A stretch of 64,000 nucleotides of DNA from an uncultured Bacteriovorax sp. GTDB taxonomy: Bacteria > Bdellovibrionota > Bacteriovoracia > Bacteriovoracales > Bacteriovoracaceae. Within the stretch, counting starts at the first letter, position 1. Each line of letters starts with the position of its first letter. The notes under the pieces were generated by a model, which made no database searches, was not told the DNA's origin, and saw only the letters and a list, made by a program, of their open reading frames with translations. The DNA lies in assembly GCA_964583925.1 (NCBI GenBank), contig CAZOXW010000003.1, positions 3,297-67,296 of the forward strand, given 5' to 3'. The translations under genes were made by a program, and so were the position numbers. Positions 47,834-57,378 of this stretch are shown here, one piece after another.

Positions 47834-50041
47834 ATGTATTTATCTTTTATCGCCAAGTCTTTTAGTCAAGCTATCCTTTTATTCCTATTTTCTTTCCGCA
47901 TTTTAGCAAACGAAGAAATACCAAAAGACTTACTCAAGCTAAACCTTGAAAAAATTAGTATAAAAAACAAAGACTACCTGAGTATTAATTTTTTAAATCA
48001 CCCCAATTGGCATACCTATTGGCTTAATCCTGGAGATGCGGGACTACCCATTGAAATTAAATTTTTTGATAAAAATAAAGAATTAAAAATTAAAGAAGAA
48101 GAAAGACCAACTCCTAGAAAATTTATCGAACCTGGAGATCTTTGGGCCTTTGGATACTCCGACCAGTACAGCTTTTTTTATGAACTTCCAACTTCTTTTA
48201 TAAAAAAATACAAAAATAAAGAACTAAAAATGAGTGCTAAATGGCTTATTTGTAAACACATCTGTATTCCTGGAAATATTGATTTAAATTTTAAAATCAC
48301 TGATGCAAAAATAGATATTTCAAGCATGAGCGAACTCCTTTTATCACCAATCGATCTTAAAACTATTGAAGAGCGATTTTTAAAACTGCCAAAACTCGAA
48401 TCGCCCCCTGACTATGTTGAATTGAACCTCTATAAGGGGAAAGAGGAAAAAACATTAGTTCTAGAGTATGTTGTCAAAAACACGACTGATCTTTCTTTTA
48501 TATCTAAAAACAACCTGATCTTTTTTTATCCAGCAACTCCTTTTGATTTTAAACATGAACAAATTAGAGTGGAAAATAACAGCATAATTGGAACAGTTCT
48601 TGTTTCGTGGGATGGGGAGTATCAAGATCCCCCAGAGCCATTAGCAGCTGATGGGAAATTTAAAAGGCCCTATAAACTCAAATTTATTTTCAATGATCCA
48701 ATCAAAAGAGAAACATATATTCTTGATAAGACTTTTAAGTCTTTTAATTTGAATCAGAAAGTAGTTTCAACAGATGTAAAAACCATATCAAACGATGATG
48801 TAAAAAAAAAAGCAACTGAGCTTGCGTCAGTAAGTGCAGAGGGATCACTTCTCTATTACCTTTTTATGGCCTTCATAGGTGGATTAATTTTAAACCTAAT
48901 GCCATGTGTACTCCCAATTATTTCCTTAAAATTATTTTCACTAATAAAATATCGCGAAGGTGGCCCTAAAAAAGTATTTAAACACAACGTCTCTTACTCA
49001 ATTGGAATTCTTTTTACATTTTTAACGTTGGCATTAACGATAATTTTATTAAAGCAATTTGGAACAGTTGTTGGTTGGGGATTTCAACTTCAATCTCCAA
49101 ACTTTATTGCAATTATGATTATTATCCTATTTATATTTTCATTAAACCTCTTTGGCCTCTTTGAATTCAGGACTCCTTTTGGCTCAAAAATAGGAAATTT
49201 AAATTTTAAAGATGGATTTATAAATGACTTTTCAGGGGGAATTATTGCAACAATTCTTTCAACCCCTTGTTCTGCTCCATTTTTAGGAACGGCATTAACT
49301 TTCGCATTTACTTCAAAAAATAGCACAATTATTCTTGTCTTTTTATTTATCGGCCTCGGTCTTGCTTTCCCATTCATTTTAACAGCACTCTTTCCTAAAA
49401 TGATTAACTTTTTACCCAAACCAGGTAAATGGATGAATACTTTAAAAAAGTTAATGGGGATTTCTCTTCTTTTGACAATTATCTGGTTGCTTGATGTCTA
49501 TAACACCTTAGTTGAAGGACAAAATCACTTAATTAAATTACTGACAATTCTAATTATTATATTTGGTGGTTTTTTGCTAAGAAAAAAAGACAAATGGCTT
49601 CCCTATATCGCGGCACTTTTTTCACTCATTATTTTTGTCAATCTCATTAATACTGAAATAATTGAAACTGAAACTGAATCTGCATTAATAAAAGATAAAC
49701 TGCATACGGGGCTAAATTATGAAAAATGGTCGTATGAAAAAATGGACGAATACAAAAGGAATAAAGATCTTGTCTTTATTGATTTTACGGCAAAGTGGTG
49801 TTTCACCTGCAAAGTAAATGAAAAGCTAGTCTTAGAAACAGATGGGTTTAAAAAACTTGTTATAAAACACAATATGAAACTGCTTATCGCTGATTGGACA
49901 AAACGAGATGAAGTGATTACAAGGTTTTTACGAGAAAACAATCTCGCAGGTGTCCCTGCTTATTTTATAATTCGCAGGGATGGTAAATTAATTTTTCTTG
50001 GCGAAACAATTACACTTAATACGATAGAACGCAATCTTTAA
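47834..50041 (+). CDS. dsbD: Thiol:disulfide interchange protein DsbD-like
   Basis: WHTYWLNPGDAG, CKHICIPG, LNLMPCVLP, ILSTPCSAPF, DFTAKWCFTC thioredoxin domain. Confidence 0.88.
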   Translation: MYLSFIAKSFSQAILLFLFSFRILANEEIPKDLLKLNLEKISIKNKDYLSINFLNHPNWHTYWLNPGDAGLPIEIKFFDKNKELKIKEEERPTPRKFIEPGDLWAFGYSDQYSFFYELPTSFIKKYKNKELKMSAKWLICKHICIPGNIDLNFKITDAKIDISSMSELLLSPIDLKTIEERFLKLPKLESPPDYVELNLYKGKEEKTLVLEYVVKNTTDLSFISKNNLIFFYPATPFDFKHEQIRVENNSIIGTVLVSWDGEYQDPPEPLAADGKFKRPYKLKFIFNDPIKRETYILDKTFKSFNLNQKVVSTDVKTISNDDVKKKATELASVSAEGSLLYYLFMAFIGGLILNLMPCVLPIISLKLFSLIKYREGGPKKVFKHNVSYSIGILFTFLTLALTIILLKQFGTVVGWGFQLQSPNFIAIMIIILFIFSLNLFGLFEFRTPFGSKIGNLNFKDGFINDFSGGIIATILSTPCSAPFLGTALTFAFTSKNSTIILVFLFIGLGLAFPFILTALFPKMINFLPKPGKWMNTLKKLMGISLLLTIIWLLDVYNTLVEGQNHLIKLLTILIIIFGGFLLRKKDKWLPYIAALFSLIIFVNLINTEIIETETESALIKDKLHTGLNYEKWSYEKMDEYKRNKDLVFIDFTAKWCFTCKVNEKLVLETDGFKKLVIKHNMKLLIADWTKRDEVITRFLRENNLAGVPAYFIIRRDGKLIFLGETITLNTIERNL

Positions 50042-50906
50042 TTTTATAACTATGCCCTAAAACTAGCGGTCGATTAATTTCACCATGGCCAAACTCATTA
50101 GTTTTAAAAATAGGGATTTTTTTATCCATTGAAAATCGATAAAGAGCAAATTCCTCGTAGGACTCAGTTTTAGGGTCTGTATTTTTTCCAAAATCTCCAA
50201 AAATAATTGCCTCTACCCCCTTAAAAGTCCCTGCACTTTCCAAGTGAAATAACATTCTATCGATCTTATAGGCCGGCTCATTCACATCCTCTAATAATAA
50301 AATTTTACCATTAAAATTTGGCGAACACTTTGTACCAATTAATGATTCAATAATTGCAAGATTTCCACCGGCGATAGGTGCGACCAGTTTCTTTTTTAAA
50401 TTTATTGCCGCATCGTTAATCGGTTCAAGTGAAAAATTTTGCTTAAACTTGCTATCCATAAGCAAATTTTTAATTTCTTTTAAATTTTCTTTTTTTAAAT
50501 TTTTCACTGAAAAACTTGAAATCGTTGGCCCATGAATCGACTTCATTTTCCATTTTTGACTAAAGAAAATATGCAATGAAGTAATATCACTGTAGCCAAT
50601 TAATAATTTTTCCATTTTAGGTTTTTGCATTTTAAGCAAGGCAGGCAAGAGTCGTGCAGAACCATACCCTCCACGCAAACACCATATCGCTTTAGAATCT
50701 GAATTCGTCAATGCAAACTTCAAATCATTAAATCGAATATCATCTTCGTCTGAATGGTAAGGATGAAAGGCCGAAAAATCGATAAAGGTGCGCGCTCTTA
50801 GACCCCACTTTTCAATCTCACTAACCGCTTTTAAAAGCACTGTTGCATCACTAAATCCTGCCGGAGCAACAATATCTACGAGGTCACCTTTTTTAAGTTT
50901 AATCAT
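50016..50906 (-). CDS. ldcA: LD-carboxypeptidase (peptidase S66)
   Basis: RGGYG, GYSDIT, HGP, GGNL, LLEDVNE, FGHG. Confidence 0.9.
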   Translation of the reverse strand: MIKLKKGDLVDIVAPAGFSDATVLLKAVSEIEKWGLRARTFIDFSAFHPYHSDEDDIRFNDLKFALTNSDSKAIWCLRGGYGSARLLPALLKMQKPKMEKLLIGYSDITSLHIFFSQKWKMKSIHGPTISSFSVKNLKKENLKEIKNLLMDSKFKQNFSLEPINDAAINLKKKLVAPIAGGNLAIIESLIGTKCSPNFNGKILLLEDVNEPAYKIDRMLFHLESAGTFKGVEAIIFGDFGKNTDPKTESYEEFALYRFSMDKKIPIFKTNEFGHGEINRPLVLGHSYKIKDCVLSY

Positions 50907-51805
50907 TTAATAATCTCCCAAAAATGTTCATATCTTTTTTCTAAATTTTTACTATTATATAAATCATGCAAAAGATTTTCAGGAATACCACCAATCCCAT
51001 AGTACGCTCCTGCCATCTGGCCATAGACCGCTGCGACTGTATCCGTATCATCGCCTAAATTAATTAAAAACTTAAGTCCATCAATATAAGTTTCATATTT
51101 TAAAAATGCATATAGTGCCGAAATTAAAGTTTCATAGGCCATTCCCAATGCACTTAAATGCTCATACTGATTCTCTATAAAATTAGAATTTAAAATGTTG
51201 TTAAATCTCGTCTGGAGTTTTCTCTCTAAATGATGAAAGCGAAAAATTTCTTTTTTGTTTTTTCCCGCTAAAATCATATAGAGTACATAACTCAAAACAA
51301 TACATGCTTCAACACATTCAGGATTTCCATGAGTAAGTTTACTCTCTAAAATTGAAGCTTCAATCGCACAATTTAAATTGTCGTGATGAAATAAAATTAT
51401 AGGGGCCATACGCATGATGGCACCATTAGTTGCAGAATCTGTTTCCTCGCCTGCAAAAACAACTTTATTCTTACAAAAACGCTCTAATGATTTTTTAGTC
51501 GTGTTTCCTATATCAAAACAAGTTCCAGTAGAAGAATTCAATCCATCTTTCCACCACTTTAAATATAAATTCATGTGATTTTTATAATCAATCTTTTTTT
51601 TATCTAGAATACTATCAACGATGCATAATGCGAGTGAAGAATCATCAGTCCAATAGCCTCTTGGCAAATTAAATTCTCCTCCAGAGGAATACTCTCCTAA
51701 GAATTCAAAACTTCCCCGCTTTTTAAATTCAAAGGGGGCACCTAAAGCATCTCCTACATTTAGCCCCAAAAGAGATCCAAGGATCTTTTCCTTTAATGGA
51801 ATCAT
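50903..51805 (-). CDS. ADP-ribosylglycohydrolase (DraG/ARH family)
   Basis: VGDALG.P.EF, WTDDS, NGAIMR..P, S.LTH, GDDTDT..A..G..AGA.YG. Confidence 0.93.
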   Translation of the reverse strand: MIPLKEKILGSLLGLNVGDALGAPFEFKKRGSFEFLGEYSSGGEFNLPRGYWTDDSSLALCIVDSILDKKKIDYKNHMNLYLKWWKDGLNSSTGTCFDIGNTTKKSLERFCKNKVVFAGEETDSATNGAIMRMAPIILFHHDNLNCAIEASILESKLTHGNPECVEACIVLSYVLYMILAGKNKKEIFRFHHLERKLQTRFNNILNSNFIENQYEHLSALGMAYETLISALYAFLKYETYIDGLKFLINLGDDTDTVAAVYGQMAGAYYGIGGIPENLLHDLYNSKNLEKRYEHFWEIIK

Positions 51806-52836
51806 TAATCAATCTCAAACTTAGAAGGACTGCGCATGATTTTTCCAATCACTTCCGATGGGTTATTTTCCAAAAATAACACATCATAAACTCCATTAAA
51901 AATTTGTGCCCGAATGTCATATTTTTCACTGATAAAATGAGCCGCTTTTGTGGTCTTGTATCCCTCAACCACTGAACGTTGAGATCGTATTATTTCTTCA
52001 GGCTTGCGACCTTTTGCAATCTCTAATCCGAAACTTTTATTACGAGAAAGATCACCAGTTGTTGTTAAAATAAGGTCTCCCATTCCTGAAAGCCCATAAA
52101 ACGTTTCAGGCCTAGCATTATAGACGCGACCGAATCGCAACATTTCAGCAATTCCTCTTGTTATCATTGCGGCCCTTGTGTTGTGATTATAACCAAGTCC
52201 TTCAATAATTCCCCCCGCAATTGCTAAAATATTTTTAAGCGCCCCCCCTAGTAACACTCCTTTCACATCGTAGCTAGCGAGTACTTTAAAAAAATCTGTA
52301 TTCATCATCGGAATTACAAGTTCTAAGACTTTCTTAGAGCGTCCGGCAAGAGTAACTAAAGTGATATGATTTTGCATAATCTCATGGGCAAAAGATGGCC
52401 CTGATAAAAAACAAAAATATTCTTTAAAATGCGGATAAGTATCAAAAAATAAATCATCTGATAATTCTAAGCTAACTGGGTCAATCCCTTTTGAAAGTGA
52501 AACAATCGGAATTTTTTGAATAAGATAACCTAAAAAACGGTCATAATTATCTTTAAAGTATTCAGCTATTCCCGAAGTTGGCAATGCGGATACAATCAAG
52601 TCAATTTGATTTACTTCATAGCGATCAACTTCATCCCAAGTTAAGGCCGCATCTATATTGCCTGCAATTTTTAACCCAGGAAGATAAACTTTGTTTTCTC
52701 CATTTTTTATTTCATTATAAATATCAGTAGAGCGAACCTTTAAAATAACTTTATCAAAATTATTTGATAAGACTTGGGCCATCGCAGTTCCAAATGCTCC
52801 TGCACCGATAACAAGTGCAATTTTGTATTTTTTCAT
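51805..52836 (-). CDS. gpsA: NAD(P)H-dependent glycerol-3-phosphate dehydrogenase
   Basis: GAGAFGTA, SKG, LSGPSFA, GALKN..AIA.G, GLSGMGDL..T, SRN, EG. Confidence 0.95.
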   Translation of the reverse strand: MKKYKIALVIGAGAFGTAMAQVLSNNFDKVILKVRSTDIYNEIKNGENKVYLPGLKIAGNIDAALTWDEVDRYEVNQIDLIVSALPTSGIAEYFKDNYDRFLGYLIQKIPIVSLSKGIDPVSLELSDDLFFDTYPHFKEYFCFLSGPSFAHEIMQNHITLVTLAGRSKKVLELVIPMMNTDFFKVLASYDVKGVLLGGALKNILAIAGGIIEGLGYNHNTRAAMITRGIAEMLRFGRVYNARPETFYGLSGMGDLILTTTGDLSRNKSFGLEIAKGRKPEEIIRSQRSVVEGYKTTKAAHFISEKYDIRAQIFNGVYDVLFLENNPSEVIGKIMRSPSKFEID

Positions 52837-53108
52837 AGTGCAATTAATCCTTTAATTGTTCCAACTTTTTTATATACATTTATTATTTCATCACTTGAAA
52901 TAAATGTTTTTTTAGCATTAACACTAATATAATTTCCATTCGCAGAGGGGCGCTGTTCAATTTCAAATTCATTTAAATGAATCAGTACTGCATGAATTTC
53001 CGAAACTGGAATAATAAATTTAAATAAATATTCGGTTGGAAACTCAACCGTTTCATCAAGCACTAATTTTAATTTCCATAAACGCTCTGGCATTTTGTTT
53101 TCAGACAT
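52833..53108 (-). CDS. DUF493/YbeD-like protein
   Basis: FP.EY.FKFI, S.NGNY.SV, VY.K....G.IAL; start moved to ATG 53108 behind GGAG. Confidence 0.75.
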   Translation of the reverse strand: MSENKMPERLWKLKLVLDETVEFPTEYLFKFIIPVSEIHAVLIHLNEFEIEQRPSANGNYISVNAKKTFISSDEIINVYKKVGTIKGLIAL

Positions 53109-53109
53109 C

Positions 53110-53670
53110 TCAAAACTCCAAAACATCAACTGCCAAGTTTTGAGCAACTCTAACCATATCCATCACCTCACGAGCAGCACCATGGCCTCCTTCATGAAAA
53201 CTTATATAATCAGCAACTTCTTGAACTTCAAAACTTGAATTTGGAACAGTGGCGCTAAAGCCAACTCGTTTCATTATAGGTAAATCTATAAACTCATCTC
53301 CCATAAATAAAATTTCTTCGTCCTTGTAATGATCGGCCAACACTTTTTTATATGCCTCTCGCTTATCCTCATTTCCTAAAAATACATAATCCAACTTTAA
53401 TGTTTCTTTAAAACGTTTTATTAAATTTGGGCCAGTTGCTCCTGAAATAACTCCGACTTTAAGTCCTTTTCTCTGCAGAAATTTCATTGCCCAGCCATCT
53501 TTAATATTAGTTACTCGAGTGTAACCAATATCGTCACCGGCCCAAAAGATACTTCCGTCTGTTAGTACTCCATCGATATCAAATAATACGACTTTTATTT
53601 TTTTCAATTTGTCTTTGAACTTAACTGCTGATGCTAAAATTTCTTTATTATAGTCTAGTGGTATTGCCAT
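53110..53670 (-). CDS. kdsC: KDO 8-phosphate phosphatase
   Basis: FDIDGVLTDG, KDG, MGDEFID, GG.GAARE..D. Confidence 0.92.
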   Translation of the reverse strand: MAIPLDYNKEILASAVKFKDKLKKIKVVLFDIDGVLTDGSIFWAGDDIGYTRVTNIKDGWAMKFLQRKGLKVGVISGATGPNLIKRFKETLKLDYVFLGNEDKREAYKKVLADHYKDEEILFMGDEFIDLPIMKRVGFSATVPNSSFEVQEVADYISFHEGGHGAAREVMDMVRVAQNLAVDVLEF

Positions 53671-54470
53671 TAAACCACCTCATATATTTTTAAAAGATCA
53701 CTCACAACTTTTTTGATTTCTACTAAAGGCAACGAAGTCGAAGCATCAGACTTTGCCAGCTTTGGATCGGGATGAGTTTCCATAAATATTCCATCAGCGC
53801 CTGCAGCAATTGCTGCTTTTGCTAAAACTAAAATTTGCTCTCGCTTGCCACCAGTAGCATTGCCAAGCCCTCCAGGTCTTTGCACACAATGAGTAGCATC
53901 GTGAACCGTTTTTACTCCAAAACTTTTCATGATCTGAAATGATGCCATATCTACGATTAAATTATTATACCCAAAACTTGATCCACGCTCAGTTAGCAAA
54001 ATTTGCTCAAGTGGCAAAATACTATGGGCCTTATCGACAATATTTTTTGTCTCTTCTGGAGATAAAAATTGTCCTTTTTTCACTTTTAAAATTTTATTAT
54101 ATTTTTTACAGGCATTCGCTCCACTTGCAATCATGTCTGTTTGCCTACACAAAAAAGCAGGAACTTGTAGAATATCAATTACAGGAGCTAAGGTCATTGC
54201 TTGTTCTGGCACATGAAAATCAGTTAGAGTTTTTAAAGAAAACTCTTTTTTTACTTTCTCCATAATTCTTAGGCCTTCATCAATGCCTGGTCCTCGATAG
54301 CTTTCAATAGATGTACGATTTGCTTTATCAAAACTTCCTTTAAAACTTAAAGTAATTTTAGACTCAAATTCCCTTAATTCACGAACGAGATGATCGGCAA
54401 TTTTAAGGGCCAATTCTTCACTTTCTAAAACGCAAGGACCAATATAGAAATTCAATTTTTCTTTTTTCAT
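53670..54470 (-). CDS. kdsA: KDO 8-phosphate synthase
   Basis: GPCVLES, KGSFDKANRTS, QVPAFLCRQTD, KKGQFL, ERG.SFGY, DATHCVQ.PG, ETHP.P. Confidence 0.97.
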   Translation of the reverse strand: MKKEKLNFYIGPCVLESEELALKIADHLVRELREFESKITLSFKGSFDKANRTSIESYRGPGIDEGLRIMEKVKKEFSLKTLTDFHVPEQAMTLAPVIDILQVPAFLCRQTDMIASGANACKKYNKILKVKKGQFLSPEETKNIVDKAHSILPLEQILLTERGSSFGYNNLIVDMASFQIMKSFGVKTVHDATHCVQRPGGLGNATGGKREQILVLAKAAIAAGADGIFMETHPDPKLAKSDASTSLPLVEIKKVVSDLLKIYEVV

Positions 54471-54494
54471 CTTTATACCTATTACTAACCTTCT

Positions 54495-56105
54495 TTAATG
54501 TTGTTTATTTGCTGCCGAAATAAATCCTTTAAATAGTGGATGTGGAGAAAATGCTCTCGATTTAAATTCCGGATGATATTGGCAAGCAATAAAAAATGGG
54601 TGATCTTTTAATTCGATAATTTCAACTAAGTTCAACTCTTTGTTAAAGCCAGATACGACTAGGCCATTTTCAACCAGTTTGTTTAAATAGAGGTTGTTCA
54701 CCTCTAGTCGATGACGATGGCGTTCTTTAATTATGTCTTTTTTATAGATATCCTCTGCCAGTGTGCCTTTTTCGATATGGCAGTCATAACTACCAAGTCG
54801 CATATTTCCACCTTTAGGTCCGGCCTTTGTTTGGCCATCCATATAATGAATCAGATGCTCCCCTCCTGACTCAAACTCTTCACTCGTCGCGTGTTCAATG
54901 TGACAAATATTTCGAGCAAATTCAATAACCGATAATTGGAGTCCTAAGCATATTCCAAACATTGGAATTTTTTTTGTTCTGGCATAAGTAATGGCCTTAA
55001 TCTTCCCTTCTGTTCCTCTAGCGCCAAATCCGCCTGGAATCAAAATTCCATCGACATCTTTAAAGACAGTGCTTAAATCTTTATTTTTTTCAAGTTCTTC
55101 AGAATCAATATAAATTGGTTGAAATTTTAATTGAAGCGAGTTTGCCGCGTGATTTAAGGCCTCATCAAGCGATTTGTATGACTCCACGAGATCGGTGTAT
55201 TTTCCAACAATTCCGATTCTAACTGTTTTGAGTGGATTTTCGAAATTATACACTACCGTTTTTAGATCATCTATCTTAGGTTCTGGCGCCCAAATGCCTA
55301 AAAGATCTGCTACGCGCTGATCAAGCCCTTGATCACAAAAAGCGAGTGGAACTTTGTAAATAGAGTCTAAATCAATTGATTGAAAAACATTCTTTCGACT
55401 GACATTACAAAAACGCGAAATCTTATCAAGTGTATCTTCATCGACCTCTCGATCAGAACGACAAATAATCATTTGTGGACTCAATCCCTGACTCATTAAT
55501 TCTTTTACCGAATGTTGAGCAGGTTTTGATTTTAACTCTCCTGCGGCCTTGATGTACGGCAAGAGAACTAAGTGAATAAATAATACGTTTTCTTGTCCTT
55601 CATCAAGAGCAAGTTGTCTTATCGATTCAATAAATGGCAGAGACTCAATATCACCAACAGTCCCCCCAATTTCTCCGATAAGTAAATCAGCTCCCTCTGC
55701 TGCTTTATGAATTCTTCTTTTAATTTCATTAGTAATATGTGGCACGACTTGAACAGTCTTTCCAAGGTATTTACCTTCTCTCTCATTTTCAATAACCTGA
55801 AGATATACCTGCCCAGTAGTAAAATTACTTTCACGACTTAAAGTTAGCGATGTAAATCGCTCATAGTGTCCAAGATCCAAATCAGTTTCAGCGCCATCAT
55901 CAGTAACAAACACTTCACCATGTTGAGTCGGACTCATCGTCCCTGGATCAACGTTTATATACGGATCCATTTTAAGCATCGAAATTTTTATTCCTCGTCT
56001 CTCGAGAAGACCTGCAAGACTTGCAGCGGCCAAACCTTTCCCCAGTGAACTAGCAACCCCACCAGTAATAAAAATAAATTTTTTATGCTTTCGTATTTCG
56101 GCCAT
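54495..56105 (-). CDS. pyrG: CTP synthase
   Basis: GGV.SSLGKG, KMDPYINVDPGTMSP.QHGEV, GICLG.Q, ERHRHR.E, QYHPEF. Confidence 0.98.
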   Translation of the reverse strand: MAEIRKHKKFIFITGGVASSLGKGLAAASLAGLLERRGIKISMLKMDPYINVDPGTMSPTQHGEVFVTDDGAETDLDLGHYERFTSLTLSRESNFTTGQVYLQVIENEREGKYLGKTVQVVPHITNEIKRRIHKAAEGADLLIGEIGGTVGDIESLPFIESIRQLALDEGQENVLFIHLVLLPYIKAAGELKSKPAQHSVKELMSQGLSPQMIICRSDREVDEDTLDKISRFCNVSRKNVFQSIDLDSIYKVPLAFCDQGLDQRVADLLGIWAPEPKIDDLKTVVYNFENPLKTVRIGIVGKYTDLVESYKSLDEALNHAANSLQLKFQPIYIDSEELEKNKDLSTVFKDVDGILIPGGFGARGTEGKIKAITYARTKKIPMFGICLGLQLSVIEFARNICHIEHATSEEFESGGEHLIHYMDGQTKAGPKGGNMRLGSYDCHIEKGTLAEDIYKKDIIKERHRHRLEVNNLYLNKLVENGLVVSGFNKELNLVEIIELKDHPFFIACQYHPEFKSRAFSPHPLFKGFISAANKQH

Positions 56106-56112
56106 ATTATCC

Positions 56113-56874
56113 TCAATGATTTATTAATGATTCTACTTTTTTTAGGTCAGCTTCTGTGTCGACTCCACATAACTCTAAATCTGTTTTAATTGTTCCAATT
56201 GTCAGCCCTTCTTCTAGGGCCCGCAGTTGCTCTAGTTTTTCTAGAAATTCTAATCGTGATTCAGAAGATTTTGCAAAAAATTGCAAGGCCCTCGGAGTAA
56301 ATGAATATACCCCAATATGCAGGTACCAGTAATCCATATTTGATTCAGACTTATCTCGTTTGTAAGGGATAGGACTTCTAGAAAAATAGAGGGCCACCCC
56401 ATCTTTTTCTCTAATAACTGCTTTAACTTTATTTGAATCAAAAAAATCTGAATCAAATTTATTGATCTTTTTAACAAGGGTTCCAATGTCCACTTTTGAT
56501 TTGAAATGATAGTCGACTAAATTAATAACTTCACTGCCAAGCAAAAGTGGTTCATCACCTTGCACATTCACAATCAGATCGTAATTTAAGTCTTTAAAAA
56601 ATCTTCTGTAGGCCAACTCAATCCGGAGTGTTCCTGAAATCACGTCATCAGAAACCATCACCACATTTCCCCCAAAACTTGCAACATGATCTGAAATGCG
56701 TTGGTCATCAGTCACAACGACGGTATGGAAGTCGTATTTGTCTGAGCTTTGAATGTTGATATTATTATAAACTCGAGCAATCATCGAAATTCCAGAGACA
56801 AGTGCCAGTGGTTTTCCAGGAAAACGTGTAGATTGATAACGAGCAGGAATTAAGAGAAGGACCTTTTTTTTCAT
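56113..56874 (-). CDS. kdsB: CMP-KDO synthetase
   Basis: IPARY.STRFPGKPL, NVQGDEP, YFSRSPIP, HIG.Y, E.LEQLRAL. Confidence 0.96.
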   Translation of the reverse strand: MKKKVLLLIPARYQSTRFPGKPLALVSGISMIARVYNNINIQSSDKYDFHTVVVTDDQRISDHVASFGGNVVMVSDDVISGTLRIELAYRRFFKDLNYDLIVNVQGDEPLLLGSEVINLVDYHFKSKVDIGTLVKKINKFDSDFFDSNKVKAVIREKDGVALYFSRSPIPYKRDKSESNMDYWYLHIGVYSFTPRALQFFAKSSESRLEFLEKLEQLRALEEGLTIGTIKTDLELCGVDTEADLKKVESLINH

Positions 56875-56941
56875 CTCTTTTAAATTTCCAAATTTTTGCT
56901 ACTATTGTAATGACAAACCATTATAGGGGATAAATTTAGAA

Positions 56942-57289
56942 ATGGCACGACTTGTTTTACCATTCCTGATCATTTCAATTGGATATGGCCCACTGGGTCT
57001 TGCTGAAGACTACAAGCGGACGGTCATCAATGACCCCAGCATCAGTCGCAGATGTGAAGTTTTAACAGAGGGACGAAAAGTTAAATTAACTCATAAACAA
57101 AGAATTATGGCGCTGATTGAAAGAAATAAGCATCTTCAAAAAATTACACCAGATAACCGGCAAACACTGAAGCGAAAACTTGAATCAAATCTTGGCCATT
57201 TAGAACATGAATTAAAACTTTCTATAACGCAAATTCAATATCAAGAAGAAAGTATCATTAGAAAAGGCTGCCCCGGCATCAATATCTGA
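56942..57289 (+). CDS. Small secreted hypothetical protein (helical hairpin, two Cys)
   Basis: Signal peptide; RC and GCPG flank a coiled-coil-like segment. Confidence 0.6.
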   Translation: MARLVLPFLIISIGYGPLGLAEDYKRTVINDPSISRRCEVLTEGRKVKLTHKQRIMALIERNKHLQKITPDNRQTLKRKLESNLGHLEHELKLSITQIQYQEESIIRKGCPGINI

Positions 57290-57378
57290 CCTTGATTATT
57301 TAGTTTTTAACCTTTTCAATCAAGAATTCATTTTCTATCATATTTAAAGTTAATAATTTTTATGATGGATTATAAAAA

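Noticed and set aside
48802-48811. A10 homopolymer inside dsbD (also A8/T8 runs at 1311-1318 and 1359-1366)
   Set aside because: In frame and expected in an AT-rich, Lys-rich genome; no evidence of phase variation without read data
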